From Eledone cirrhosa (taxonomy: Eukaryota), in contig OZ024741.1 in NCBI GenBank assembly GCA_964016885.1, forward strand, positions 199,020,001-199,084,000: a stretch of DNA of 64,000 nt, given 5' to 3'. Under the pieces are notes generated by a model. That model saw only the letters and a program-made list of their open reading frames with translations, searched no databases and was not told where the DNA came from. Position numbers and translations under genes: made by a program. Of the stretch, positions 1 to 13,240 are shown piece by piece (positions within the stretch are counted from its first letter, which is position 1; each line of letters opens with the position of its first letter).

Positions 1-637
1 ATTAGGTTAATGCTTGAAATAGCAGGAAGAGGGTGTTAACATCAGAAGAAAGAATGATAAATTAGAAAGATTGAAGGGACGGCCCGGGCGGAATTTAGAA
101 AAAATATTTTTAGATAAAAATAACAGGCCCATTCATATTCCCATCTCTTGGAAAACTGTATGCTGGAAACTTTATGCTGGAGTTTTGTGCATAACACACA
201 CACACACACACACAATGAAATTATATTGATTCCTTAGCTATAACCCCTCGATGTAAATTTGGCACTAAAATACCAAAAACAGAGGGCACTCAAACAACAT
301 TATTAATATCATGCCTAAAAATATATAATCAAGTAAAACATTAAAATATTACATACAACACTGTTTTTGGTCTTGAAAATACACAATAATCACCACAATT
401 AAATGGATAATTATCTGAACTTCATCAGTAAAGCAATCTTATTAATTAGACAAGACATTATTTGTCCATAATTAAGTTTGAGTCAAGACACAAACTCACA
501 TGTTGATATAGCAGCTGGCTGGGCAGTAACTTTCACAGTCTTGGACAGTGGAAGGCAGAGAGGAATGATAAAAAATTCTACTGATATATTGAAAAATCAG
601 GAGAGTGAATATATAATTGTTTCTACTTCGTTATATA

Positions 638-1028
638 TCATCATCATCATCAACATCATTTTACGTCCGCTTTTCCCTGCTTGCAAGGGTGGGACGGGAA
701 CTGATGCTGGCTTGATTTCTACAGCTGGATGCCCTTCCTAACACCAACCTCATTTACAGTGAGTGCTGGGTGCTTTTTTTTCCGTGGTGCCTACACGTCC
801 ACTTTACAGTGTGGGCTGGGTGCTTTTTTGCTGTGGCACCTCCACGACCACTTTGCAGTGGAATGATAGGGACCCCAGTCCCTATCATCTCATTTCTACA
901 GCTGAGTAAACTGGAGCAATGTGAAATAAAGTGTCTTGCTCAAGGAAACAGCACATCACTCCGTCTGAGAATTGAACTCACAACCTTTCGATTGCAAGGC
1001 CAATGCTCTAACCACTAAGCCATGTGCT
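638..1028 (-). mobile_element. tRNA-derived SINE family B (tRNA head, CCTTGAGCAAGACAC central domain, RTE-like 3' tail ending in (ATG)n)
   Basis: Minus strand reads TGGCTTAGTGG (A box) ... GAGTTCAATTC (B box), then ...AGGAAGGGCATCCAGC...GCGGACGTAAAATGATG. Near-identical to 1261-1608 and 48897-49330. Confidence 0.9.
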
Positions 1029-1260
1029 GTAGAAATCAAGCCAGAATCAGTTCCCGTCCCACCCTTGCAAGCAGGGAAAAGCGGATGTAAAATGATGATG
1101 ATGATGATATATATATATGAAAAGATTCAGGACTCCGATGGCTGAGCTCCAGCCATTTCGACAGCTAGATCCGAACTATATATATATGCCAATTTTGTCA
1201 TTGAGTGAATACCAGACAATGTGATCAATATTATTGTATATTGAACAAAATTATTCATAT

Positions 1261-1608
1261 ATCATCATCATCATCATCATTTCATTTTACGTCCGCTTTT
1301 TCCCTGCTTGCAAGGGTGGGACGGGAACTGATGCTGGCTTGATTTCTACAGCTGGATGCCCTTCCTAACACCAACCTCATTTACAGTGAGTGCTGGGTGC
1401 TTTTTTGCCGTGGCACCTCCACGACCACTTTACAGTGGAATGATAGGGACCCTAGTCCCTATCATCTCATTTCTACAGCTGAGTAAACTGGAGCAATGTG
1501 AAATAAAGTGTCTTGCTCAAGGAAACAACACATCACCCGGTCTGAGAATTGAACTCACAACCTTTCGATTGCAAGGCCAATGCTCTAACCACTAAGCCAT
1601 GTGCCTCC
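1261..1608 (-). mobile_element. tRNA-derived SINE family B
   Basis: Near-identical to 638-1028, with A/B boxes and an (ATC)n tail on the + strand. Confidence 0.9.
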
Positions 1609-1636
1609 ATGTATATATATATATGATATTATTTAG

Positions 1637-1827
1637 CAGTGGTCTGGCAGTATCAGTAGAGTGTCAGACACCATGCTTTGCAGCATAGGAGTTATAGCGT
1701 TTAACGGTCTGAGTTCAAATCCCGCCAAGGTTAACTTTGTCTTTCATCCTCACGGGGTCGATAAAATAAAGTACCAGTAATGCACTGAGGTAATTGCTGG
1801 CCTTGTGCCAAAAGTAGAAACAATTAT
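1637..1827 (+). mobile_element. tRNA-derived SINE family A
   Basis: TGGCAGTATC.. head, GAGTTCAAATCC B box, central CTTTCATCC..GGGGTCGATAAAATAAAGTACC, tail GGCCTTGTGCC..AGAAACAATTAT. About 20 copies in the window. Confidence 0.9.
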
Positions 1828-2050
1828 ATATTTATGTTCATACATGGAGCAAAGCCGCTACCCAACTTTTCAAGGCCCAAATTTGACCATACCTCCAGAA
1901 AACAAGAGGCATTAAAAGAGTGATCTTTCTTCAGGTGCTAAAATGATCACTAATTTGATGCTTCTTGTTTTCAGGAGGTTTGGTCAAATTTGGGCCTTGA
2001 AACCTTGGGTAGCACAGCACCTTTATTCTGTGTATGAACATAAATAAATA
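1828..2050. repeat. imperfect fold-back inverted repeat (about 110-bp arms) with a degenerate hammerhead-like core
   Basis: TATTTATGTTCATAC..TCAAGGCCCAAATTTGACCA..GTGATC mirrors GATCAC..TGGTCAAATTTGGGCCTTGA..GTATGAACATAAATA. Confidence 0.75.
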
Positions 2051-2134
2051 ATATAATATTTCTGCTCTCTTCCAGAATGAGCAGTTTTCCATTTTCTTTT
2101 TCACATCTATGGATATTGCTATATATATATATAA

Positions 2135-2326
2135 CGAAGGAAATGTGGTAAGGAACCAGGTGGACCATAACGCACCAAAGTACTCAATACTTAGGGTAGT
2201 AGAGTGGGTAATAGGAACAAGTAAGACCCCGACGGCTGAGCTCAAGCCGTTTCGACGGCTAATTCTGTACAGAATTAGCCGTCGAAACGGCTTGAGCTCA
2301 GCCGTCGGGGTCTTACTTGTTCCTAT
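2135..2326. mobile_element. (TA)n-embedded Penelope-like non-autonomous fragment ending in a perfect 116-bp palindrome
   Basis: 2211-2326 is a perfect palindrome centred on GT|AC. Homologous to 31591-31797 and 1120-1176. Contains a hammerhead 3' half, GAAA-CGGC-TTGAGCTCA-GCCG-TC. Confidence 0.65.
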
Positions 2327-2673
2327 ATATATATATATATATGTGTGTGTGTGAGTGTGTGTAATTCATGTACATATGGAAAATAGATGTAAAACGGTAA
2401 TGATGATGTGTATATATCTGAGTAAAAATTTGTGGCATTGTTCGCTTGTTAATCATTATCTTCTTGGAAACAAGTAAATAGAGGAGTAAGCTCTAAGCAG
2501 GATATATTTCCCCTTAGCCACATTGTTTATATTCATAATCACCATCATTACATCCTCTCTATGTTTATACACACACACACACATATATATACATATGAGA
2601 CTATTTAGCCTTGGCAACTAAGTAGAATGTTTTGCTGAGGAGGCTTAATAAGCCTGAAACCTAGCCAATATTT

Positions 2674-2858
2674 GTGGATTGGCAGTATCGGTAGAGGGTC
2701 GGACGCCATGCTTTCCAGCATACTTACGTCCCTTTACGATCTGAGTTCAAATCCCGCCGAGGTTGACTTTGCCTTTCATCCTTACGGGGTCGATAAAATA
2801 AAGTACCAGTAATGAACTGGGTTATTGCTGGCCTTGTGCCTAAAATAGAAACAAATAT
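2674..2858 (+). mobile_element. SINE family A
   Basis: Consensus head, B box, central domain and tail are all present. Confidence 0.9.
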
Positions 2859-3051
2859 TTTCCCCTTTTCACCAGTTGGCTTTAAAGACAAGATACATTC
2901 CAATTTGCATTGTGTGTATTGTCCAGAATATGTCAAGTGAACCTTTTGAGTTATCTCCCTTGTTTTAAGATTTTAAACAAACTTAGCAAGAGTTTCGCCT
3001 ACTAAATACTTTGATAATCACAGTTTATTGAAGTTCTTCAACTTACTATAT

Positions 3052-4730
3052 TTATCATTATCATCATCTTCGTTTAATGTCCATCTTCCACGCTAGCATG
3101 GGTTAGATGGGCGTTGTCCCACTTGAGGCAAGGTTGGTCGGGTGATCGTGTCTATAGGACTATCTGGCAGGTTTTCTATGGCTGGATGCCCTTCCTAACA
3201 CCAACCACATTTACAGTGTGGAACTGGGAACTTTTTACCGTGTTACCTACACGGCCACATTACAGCGTGGACTGTGTGTTTTTTTGTTGTTAAACCTACA
3301 CAATCTCGATCTCATTATCTTATTTATTTGGACTGGATGTTGTGGTACCAACTTTACAGAGAGAGGGTGGGAGTGGGAGGATAGGGTAGGGGTAGTGGAT
3401 TGGGGTGTATATTTGGTTAAGAGATGCCTACTGACTGTAGGTTTCGCTTTGTACATAGGCAAGGCGGGTCTTCTGTATTACTGCGTAGCGCCAAAGATCT
3501 CGATCCAGTGACATTGTCTTAGAGAGGTGCAAGTGTGTAAGGTCGGAATTTATCAGATCGTCCCGGGTTTTTCTGGATCTACCTACTCCGTAACTAGCAT
3601 CAATTTTGATCGCCCTGCACTTTTTTATACAGCTGTCGTCTCATGCGCATCACGTGACCATACCAACGTAGTCTTCTCTCAAGTAAACAGCATCTGATCC
3701 CTCTTATTCCTAATTTCTCACTTAGTTCATTTATGCTTTGCCGTTCACGTATATTACTATTACACATCCAACGGAGCATGCATGCTTCGTTCCTTTCCAG
3801 TCTGTGCAGGTTCTCTACACGTAATGCCCATGTCTCACTGCCATGTAGCATTGCTGTTCATATACAAGCATCATACAATCTGCCTTTCATTTTTAGAGAG
3901 AAACCTTTAGTGGCCAATAGTGGTATAAGCTCTCTGAACCTTTTCCATCCCGTTCTGACTCTGGCTACTGTACTTTCAGAACACCCTCCACCACTGCTGA
4001 TTTCGTCACCCAGGTAATGGAAAGTGTCTACTATTTCTATAGAACCATCTGGGCAATAGAAGGAGCTAGTATCCTGTGGACACTTGCAACTTATTGCACC
4101 TGAGCATCGGCCACATATAAAGTCTATGTTCTTAGATAGTTTACCTGTGATCCCACTACATCTTTTATGTACCCATATTTTGCATTTGGGACATAAAATG
4201 GAATTTCTGCCTACTCCTTTCCTACACACTGAGCATAGCCATTTCCCTGAGGGCACCTGTGCCCTATTTTCCTTTCTACAAACTAGAACTTTAGTCTTAG
4301 ACAAGTTAACTTTAAGGCTTTTTGATTCTAGGCCATGCTTCCATGTTTGGAATTTCTTCTCTAGTTCAGCCATTGATTTAGCTTTGAGCGTTAGATTATC
4401 TGCGTATAGGAGTTCCCATGAGCAGCCGGTCTTGAACTCCTCTGTTATAGCCTGAAGGGCAATAATAAATAGGAGGGAGCTAAGGACAGAGCCTTGATGA
4501 ACACCAACTTTTACACCAAATTCTTCACAATATTCATTGTTAATTCTAACCTTACTGACTGTTTCTTTATACATAGCTTGTATAGCTCTCACAAGCCATT
4601 CATCTACACCTAGTTTTCTAAGAGCCAGATAATGGAACGGGGGACTCTGTCAAAGGTTTTCTCTAGGTCTACAAAAGCTTAGAGAGGTTTACTTTTAGCT
4701 AGGTACTTCTCCTGTAGTTTTCGTACAAAT
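3052..4730 (-). mobile_element. RTE-clade LINE, 5'-truncated and degenerate (PHD-containing RT family)
   Basis: ORFs 3858-4592 and 3600-3851 give GVHQGSVLS, LYADN, PHD cysteines, FHYLG, MLHGSETW and RRLRWYGHV. Same family as 17036-19302, with the same 3' UTR and tail. Confidence 0.92.
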
Positions 4731-5989
4731 GTGAAACCCTACTGTATTTATATTTTGTATGCTTGTATGAATGTTCCTATGAGGTATTTTCCATCACACA
4801 TAAGATGCTGAACTATTGGTCTTATGTTAGTTCAAATTGTACTATAGCCATTGTTTTTTGACCATAGGTAAAATATATAACAATCTTTGTTTGTGTTTGC
4901 TTTATTAAAAATTAGTTTAGGTAGTGCTGGTCCCACAATAAAATGCATCCAGCCAACTTTGTAAAATGGTGGTGTTGATGTCATGATAAAAAGCATCCAG
5001 TCTACCCTGTCATGGTGCCATGACAAAATAGCACCTAGTACATGCAGTAAAGTGGTTGGTGTTAGGAAGGGCATCCAGCCATAGAGACCAAGCCAAAATA
5101 AAATGTATGACCTGTCTAGTTTCAGAATGTGACAACTTGTCTAACACATGTAAGCATGGAAACTAGATGCTAAACAGTAGTGGTAGTGATGTTGATGATA
5201 GTGGGGATGGTGGGGGTGATGGTGCTTATTCTCCTCCTACTCCACAATTGAATGGTTAAGGCAGCTCCATAACACAGTTGAATGAACTGCAGTTCTAAAA
5301 CAAGAGTTCAAAAAACAATATCCACGTATGTCAGGGTGTGAAATTGAATATAAAACAACCAGCTGGGAGTTTACCCCTCACTTCACTCTTGTTTGAGATG
5401 GATAATTAACATAGGTTCAAGAATGAATGACAGGACTCACATAGGGTAGAAAGCCATAAATGTGTAGTGAAGGGGAATCAACCATAGTAAATGTCTACTA
5501 TTTATTGTTGAGAGATGAAAGACAAACTCAATCCCATTAGAATATAAAGGAGAAGCAATAATAATGGTTTTGAATTTAGGCACAAGGCCAGCAATTTTAA
5601 GGGCAAGGGAAAGTCAATTAAATCAACTTTAGTACTCAATCAACCCCAGTAAGTAAATGCCACAAAATATTCCGTTCAAATATTCTATTGATTCTGCCAA
5701 TCCACTGTCCTGTGGGAAGCAATAATAATGATAATACTAACAAGATAATTTTTCCCAAAGCTCCAATGACTCATATAAGAATATGATTTATGTTTAGCTT
5801 TTGTTGCACTAAAAGACACAAGAGGCAGCTTCCTTTGTGCACAGGATGCTAGTCTATAAAAAAGTTAACTTTCCAGGTAAACAGGTACTTAGTTTTTGCT
5901 CAGAGTGTTATATATTCCACTTAAGTATTTTACCTCCTTTTATTTTGAACTCTCTCAGACATTTCAATGCTTGTCATATCTCATCAATG

Positions 5990-6209
5990 TTAACCCATTT
6001 GATAGAAACTGTTTGAAAGCCTAGTTCTAAGATTTATAAGTGTTTATATTTATTTAAAAACTTTCCATCATAATTTTATGTAAGAACATTTGTTGAATTG
6101 TTTCAAATACCAACTTCAAAATGATAAAGTTAGTTATATTATTAAATCCATCCAAATTCTTGATCATAGGCAGTGTTATTCATTAGAGATATAGTAACGA
6201 AAGGGTTAA
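5990..6209. mobile_element. piggyBac-like MITE (TTAA-CCC...GGG-TTAA)
   Basis: Termini TTAACCCATT / AAAGGGTTAA. Related copies at about 16327-16778, 25414-25580, 29620-29860 and 52950-53192. Confidence 0.6.
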
Positions 6210-6587
6210 ATTACTTCTTATAATATATTCTTGCAATATTCAATAATTTTAAACAACAGTCATAACTAATTTTCAAGTGAAGTCTACCACACTAAAACAC
6301 CACTTTGTACACTCTTCCATCAATTGACTATATTTGTAGAAGAGGATACTTTTAACAAACTCTACAACTATATATAACCAGTTTTCCCTCTAGATTAACA
6401 TAAGTGTCATGTCTAAAATATTAACATAAGAGTCTTGTCTATAATAAGAATGTAAAGTCTCTTGACTGAAAAAAACAACAGAAAAATAAAACAGTCAGGG
6501 CTATATATATATTTATAAACAACTTAAAACCACATTTGGTTTTGATAGCTTGACTTACATGTGTAACAGTCATATATACCCCCCCCC

Positions 6588-6618
<31 letters not shown>

Positions 6619-7289
6619 CACACCTTATCTAATTAACCTTTACTTTAAGTGCAAACATGATAAACACTCTTCATTGAGTAATGGATGAGGTATCTTTTTG
6701 TTAATAATCACCCAGTATGAAAGCATGAAATCAATTGGTTGTCAAAATCTTTTACTACTTCTGCCTATGTTTTTATCAATGGTTCCACAATTTTACTATG
6801 TTTTTTAATTTGAAAATGTATTATCTTGAGTAATTTTATGAGGATTTTCATATCTTTTGAGTAATATTTAATGTGTTGGTGTATAATCTCTCAAAAATTA
6901 CTTGAAATCTCTGTCATAGACTGAGCATTTCTCTCTAGTTAATCTCTTTTCTATATCACAAAGTTAATAATTTTTATTAATCTATTAGTAAATTATAAAT
7001 ATATGTCCAAAAACTTAATCTATATTGAGAAGGTTTTTTGAAATTATCATTGCCACCTCCACCATGACCACCACTACCACCACCACCATTGACACCCCTC
7101 CATCGCTGCCATAACCACCACCACCACCATCAAAACTGCCATTGCTGTCCCACTGTCTCTGCTACCATTTAGTTGTTTGCTACTCAGCAGTAACAGGCCT
7201 TATTTCTAATTTGTTATAACATGCTGCTTTGTTTACTGTTTTTGATATAATATATACATCAACCTCAGTCAAGTAATTAAAGCACTATA

Positions 7290-8255
7290 TGACAACTCAA
7301 ACAGTTCATTTCTCCTGAATAATAACATTGAAGAATTCTTCAGGACAACAGTGGGAGTTTGATATGGGTGTCTCCTTTCTCAAGTGCTTTTCATTATCTT
7401 CTGGGAAAACGTCACACAAGAGACACTCCAAGACTTCCACACCTCTTTTCCATTGGAGGATAGCCCTAGTCAAACCTGTGATTTTCTGATGGCATTGACC
7501 TGTTAGGAAGCAGTGAAGCAGAATTCCAGGAGCTCACTACCAGACTGGAAAAAGTATTAGAAACATATGGTATGGAGATCAGCTCAGAATTATGGAGATT
7601 ATGGTATGGAGATCAGCTTGTTAATAGTAATAATTAGAATATAGCAACGAACATCATGCTGAATGGAGGAAGATTTGAAGAAGTGGACATCTTCAAGTAC
7701 CTAGGATCCACTCAGATCAGAGATGACAGATCTCAAAAGAAGATACTGACAAGACTTGCCCTGGCCACTGCTGCCATGGTAAAGTTGAATGTCACATGGA
7801 AAAGCAACTCCATCAGTTTTCTAACGAAGCTCAAACTATACAAGTCCTTGGTGACTTTGATCCTTTTGTATGGGTGTGAGAGTTGGACACTCCCAGCTGA
7901 CATGGAACGAAGGATCCAGTCTTTCGAGGACAAGTGCTTCAGAAGGTTGCTACACATCCCATACACAAAGCACAAAATAATCAGCTTTATCAGACAACAA
8001 GTTAACAAATATGCTGGCAGATAGGAACCATTCCTTACGATGGTGAAAAGATGGAAGCTTGCCTGGTATGGTCATGTATCTCGCCACAGCTCCTTGTCTA
8101 AAACCATCCTTCAGGGCACAGTCAAGGGAGGGCGAAGAAGAGGCAGAAAAGAAAATCCTGGTCCAACAACATCAAAGACTGGACTGGTCACAACACCGAG
8201 ACCCATCTACACATGATGAAGAATAGAGACCAGTGGCAACGATTAACTGCGAAAG
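7290..8255 (+). mobile_element. RTE-BovB-like LINE 3' fragment (second family, no PHD insert)
   Basis: EEVDIFKYLGS, LLYGCESWTL, KLAWYGHV and LQGTVKGGRRRG; many stop codons. Confidence 0.85.
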
Positions 8256-10439
8256 TGTATTCTTCAGTGGTATGGCATGAGCCTTAAATGTTGTATGGAG
8301 TTATCTCATGTATGTAATACAGTTGACACTTCGAACACTATTTGGACTCTTGAGGATATTGAGCGATGAACAAATACCTCGTATGTATCTTGGTATGGTT
8401 ACTGCTCTATATTAAAACATGTAAAATAAAGATATATTTTAAGTAAAACTTGGTTCTTTTTTATTGATAATTTATATATCTATATAAATATAGTTGTACA
8501 AGTAATTATATGTTTAAATTCATATCATGGTTTCAGATAGGTTTGTTTCCATGGGAAATTTGGAATAAAAATAGAAATCACACACAAGTGCATGGTGATG
8601 TGATGTATGACATCAGGCAGTGTATTCACTACTTTGTTTTAAAATCTATTTTAAATTATGTTTCTCATTTAATGAGAATTATTGATATCCACTGAGATAA
8701 TTATAAAGATCATCATTTTTACATCCATTTTGCCATGCTGCATGGCTTAGATGGGCTGTCCCATTAGTTTGTTTTGATGTCTTGTCATCTTTGTGTTGTT
8801 CAGTATCCTGGAATTAGCCTTCACCACTTCATCTTTCTCAAGTTTGCTCTTGTGCAGTCTCCTTTTACTTAGATCCCTTGAGAAAAGAACTCCACGATGT
8901 GGAGTGGCTGATGCAGTGAGTGACACTGGCTATTCTCCACAGCAGTACTTTCGCCATTATTTCTGCAGGGTACAACTGAGAGACGTTGCTCAAACTTTCA
9001 CTCCTTTCCCTTGCTTTATTTAATTTTTTTTCTCATTCCTATCATTTTTCTTGTATATTCCAATTGAAATGTGTTGAACCAGATTGACAATGTGAGTGAT
9101 TATCATGTGTCCTATCATCTTGGCAACTATTCCTGATGATCCTGCTGCTTTCCTAGCCTTCATATCCTTAACCTTTTTGATACCAACCCAATCAAAATCA
9201 CCTCTACTTCTATGAAACAAAACCACCCAATTTAAAAGGTTGCTATGTATATGGAAACCTTCCAACATAATTTTACTTTTGTTAAATTATGTTACAGATA
9301 CCTTCTTAATAATGAAATAATTAATAATTTTAATAAATCTCTTCACATTCTGCAATAACCAATTCAAATACAGCATATTTCATTAGAAATACAGAAACAA
9401 AAGAATTAATGGCCTTATTGACCATACCGCTCTTAATGTTGATAGCTGCTCCCTCTGATGGAATACTTGGGGTATTATCTCTGTCCTGCACATTGTCCTC
9501 TTTCAGTGCTTACTTATAGTAACATTTTTATGTCTTTTTCTTCTTACTGTCATTGAATGAAAGTGTCATTATGTCTTGAGTTACATTGACACACATGCTT
9601 TTGATCATCAAATTATTGGTAAACCTCTTTCAGCTTATTTCCTTGCTAGATATATTTGGTGGCTGGTGACCTACATGATAGATGCACCTAGCACATGCTG
9701 TAAAGTGGTTGGTGATAGGAAGGGCATCTAGCCGTAGAAAGCTGCCAAACAAAGGGTTGAGAGGACCCTCAGTTATGTCAAAGACATGACAACCACTGCT
9801 GTTCACTCGATAAAATGAAACCATACATAAGCGAGGTGCAGATCCTTGGCCTGTCTGGGAGATCAATAGCCTTGCTTCAGTACTGACTTGGTCTATGTAG
9901 ACCCATGCAACTTTTGGTAGCAGGGAAAGCGGCCATTAAAACAACAGTGATGATGATGAAGATGATATTAAAATCATCATGTACATAATTTAAATATTAA
10001 TATAATATATATTTGTGTATGCTGATGTAATCTTTCTCTATGTGTATATTATGACAATATTGATCAATATGTCTGTCCATATACGCACATACGTGTTTCC
10101 TTATACACACACGTCTGTATATATACACACACACACACATACATGTGTGCAAGATATTTTGTATTTAATAAGACAGCAAAATGTCAACTACTTTGCAAGT
10201 GTCAGTATGTAAAACTCTTGAATTAGTTTTTCCGTTTCTGTAAAAAATTTCTGTTTTGGAGTAGGTTTGACATAAAAAGCACTTCTTAGTCCTAACTTTT
10301 CTAATTATTTATTAATGGCTGACCCAAGTATACTTTATATATTTCTATTTCTAAAAGTCTCTGCTTTCTAACTTAAACCTACTCATTATATTACATTTCT
10401 GCATTCTGACCAAGATATTAATTAAATGTTTGAGTTACC

Positions 10440-11440
10440 ATAAAAGGCAGCCAAGGTTAAGACATGGGAGGACTTTGGGGTTAAGCTGGAATCCAACTTC
10501 AGATCAGCAAGTTAAGTATTCTTGCAGACCATCTGATGACTTCCTAGTAAAAAACCCTTCTCCACACCTGATATCAAGAATGTGTCTGGGGTTACCCTCT
10601 CTTCAGACTGGAATTTGCAGATGACATGGTGTTACTTAAGTCGACAGAAGGTGATCTCCGACTTACACTTGATAGGTTTGATGTCAAGCGCAGTATGGTT
10701 GGAATGAAAATCAGTGTTATGAAAACTAAGACACTCATCCTCTCAGGGAAGCCTGTGCAGTGCACTCTACATGTAAATGGAGTTCCACTGAAGCAGGAAG
10801 AGAAGTTCAAGTATCTCAGGGCTGTGTTCACGAGTGATGGAAGGCAGGAGGCTAAATTAAGTGCAAGAATTGCAGGAGCTAGTGCAGTAATGTGCCAGCT
10901 TCAGCATTCAGTAATTAGAAGAAGGGAGGTAGGTGTAAACATCGAATTCACTGTCTTCAATTTGGTATTCATGCCAACCCTTACTTATGGTCATGAATCT
11001 TTAAAGGTAATGACTGAAAGAATACAATCGTGAATACAAGCGGCCGAAATGGGGTTCCTCTGAAGGGTCTTTGGAGTTATGTTACTTGATAGAGTGCGTA
11101 ACTCAGAGATTAGAGAATCACTCCAGGTAGAGCCACTACTTCTATGAATTGATAGATCTCAGCTCCAATACAATGGGCATGTGGTTACAATATCTTAGGA
11201 AAGAATCACTAGACAGATTTTATGGGCAAAACCAACTAGCAGGAGACCCAGGGTAGACCCTGAACAAGATGGTTGGATAACATACACAAGCTTGGTTGGT
11301 CTCTCTTGAGGATCCAGCTGGATCAGTTGGAGATGGTTGCTTCTGATAGGACCCGCTGGAAGAAGTCTTTGGAAACTCTTCCCCCACGACTCTCGCTGGA
11401 TCAGTGGGCAAAGGAGAATGAGAAGAATTATTATTATCAT
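10440..11440 (+). mobile_element. RTE LINE fragment (third family), internally deleted
   Basis: AAKVKTWEDFGVKLESNF joined to the RT C-terminal part GMKIS..KT, EKFKYL and PTLTYGHES, ending in a GAA-rich tail. Confidence 0.8.
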
Positions 11441-12639
11441 CGTTTTTCCTTTTCCTTCAGTGTTGTTGTTGTTTTTCTTCTTCTTTTTCTTCTTTTTTCT
11501 TTTTCTTCTTTCTTCTTTTTCTTCTTTCTTCTTTCTTCTTTCTTCTTTCTTCTATTGAAAGAATACAAGATATAATGTCTTTTGAATTCTAAGAGAATTG
11601 TCTGAAATGATACTACTATAAAAAATAATAAAAAAGGTGGTGGTTCTCTGAATCAAAATTTGTTATGAAATTATTGATGTTCATGCTTGGATTAACAAAA
11701 TACTAGAATCTCAGTACTGTAGTAGTTTACTACATGCAGGCTTATGTAAAGCTGGTAATAAGCCTGGATCAGATGTAAAATATAGTCCTTCATAAAATCC
11801 AATAATATGCTTATGGTCAACTGTGGGACCTAATTCAAACAGCTCATAAAGCATCAGCATCATCATCATCATCATCATCATTTTATGTCCACTTTTCTAT
11901 GCTCATGGGTCTTTGTCATTTCCTATGTGAGCTTCAGTGATTTGTGATCAGCTCTCACCATCTTTGTCCAGGTCATCCTTGTCCCCTCTGCTGTAGTTCC
12001 TTCCTCTTGAATTTTTTTGGACTTCTTCACCCTATCATCATCACCCATATGCATCACATATATACCAATGCAATCTTCTTTCTTGCATCTGATTCTGCTT
12101 ACACCCAGCTTTTCTCTCAGCTCATCTATGCTTCACTTTTTTTTATCAATCCATGCTAAATACATATGATGTGTGTATGGGTTATGAGTATATACCTATA
12201 CTTGTACTTATAAGTAACTGAACAGAATAGAAGTAGTTCTTAAGATGAATAAGCCCTCACTTCTAAATCATAACCTCATATCAACAGCCTCTGTCCCACT
12301 GCCCCTACTCAGTTCAGGCCTGAATACACAAGCAGCATGCTATGAAAACCATAAACTCAGATGACTAAATACAAAAAGTAGTAAGTTTTATAATTTAGTG
12401 GAGACACTTAATGCTTCAAATGATGCTCATGATAGCATTAGGGCTTAGATTTTAGAAATTGTTGGCTACAAAGCTATTTTATTCTCTCTATATAACTGAG
12501 AATGCTGAATAACACAGATGAGATGACCCAAGATCAAGATATGATAAGTAGGTGTTAAACCATGTCTTACTGGATTTCTAATGAAATATACTGTATCTTC
12601 ATCCAGATGCTGCTGTGGTTCCATGAATAAGGAAGTCTT

Positions 12640-12835
12640 TCTACAGTCAGAGCTTTTATCCTTAAACTGCCGACTTTGGAACTCTCTTCCATCTCATTGT
12701 TGTCCTCCTTCTTATAAGCTGAACACTTTCAAGTCTAAAGTAAATTCAATCCTTTCATCTTAATTTCTCCTTCTTCATAGTCCGTTACACTAAGTGGTTT
12801 CATGCCTTGTTTGGGACTTTAGAAAGAAAAAAAAA
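12640..12835 (+). mobile_element. CR1/L2-type LINE 3' end
   Basis: RLWNSLPS..PPSYKLNTFKSKVN terminal motif, short 3' UTR and poly(A). Confidence 0.65.
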
Positions 12836-12929
12836 ATTTTAATTAGATATTGAATAATTTACTAGAATTAAGAATTATTATTTCATCATTAAGTTGATTG
12901 ATTGTCTTAGTTACTTAGATGACTTAATT

Positions 12930-13240
12930 AGCAGTTGAAGGGGTTGTTCTGAAAGTAGCTAGAATAAAATCAGACTGGGAAAGATTCAGGGAGCTATTAC
13001 CACTGTTGACAACAAAGGATTTTCTCTACATGTGAAGGGTAGATTGTATGATGCCTGTGTGAGAAGTGCAATGTTGCATGGCAGTAAAATATGGGCAGTA
13101 AATACAGATGATATACAGAGACTGGAGAGAAATGAAACAAGCAGGTTCTGTTGGATGTGCAGTGTTAGTGTTAGTATACTGGAAAGGACCCATCCAACTT
13201 ATGTAAGCACGGAAAAGTAGATGTAAAATGATGATGATTA
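12930..13240 (+). mobile_element. RTE LINE fragment (PHD-family C-terminus fused to the 3' tail)
   Basis: KGRLYDACVRSAMLHGS..RLERNE joined directly to the GCACGGAAAAGTAGATGTAAAATGATG tail. Confidence 0.75.

Noticed and set aside
9455-9480. CTGATGG followed by a hairpin, as a possible hammerhead
   Set aside because: Core mismatch and no GAAA or stem III.
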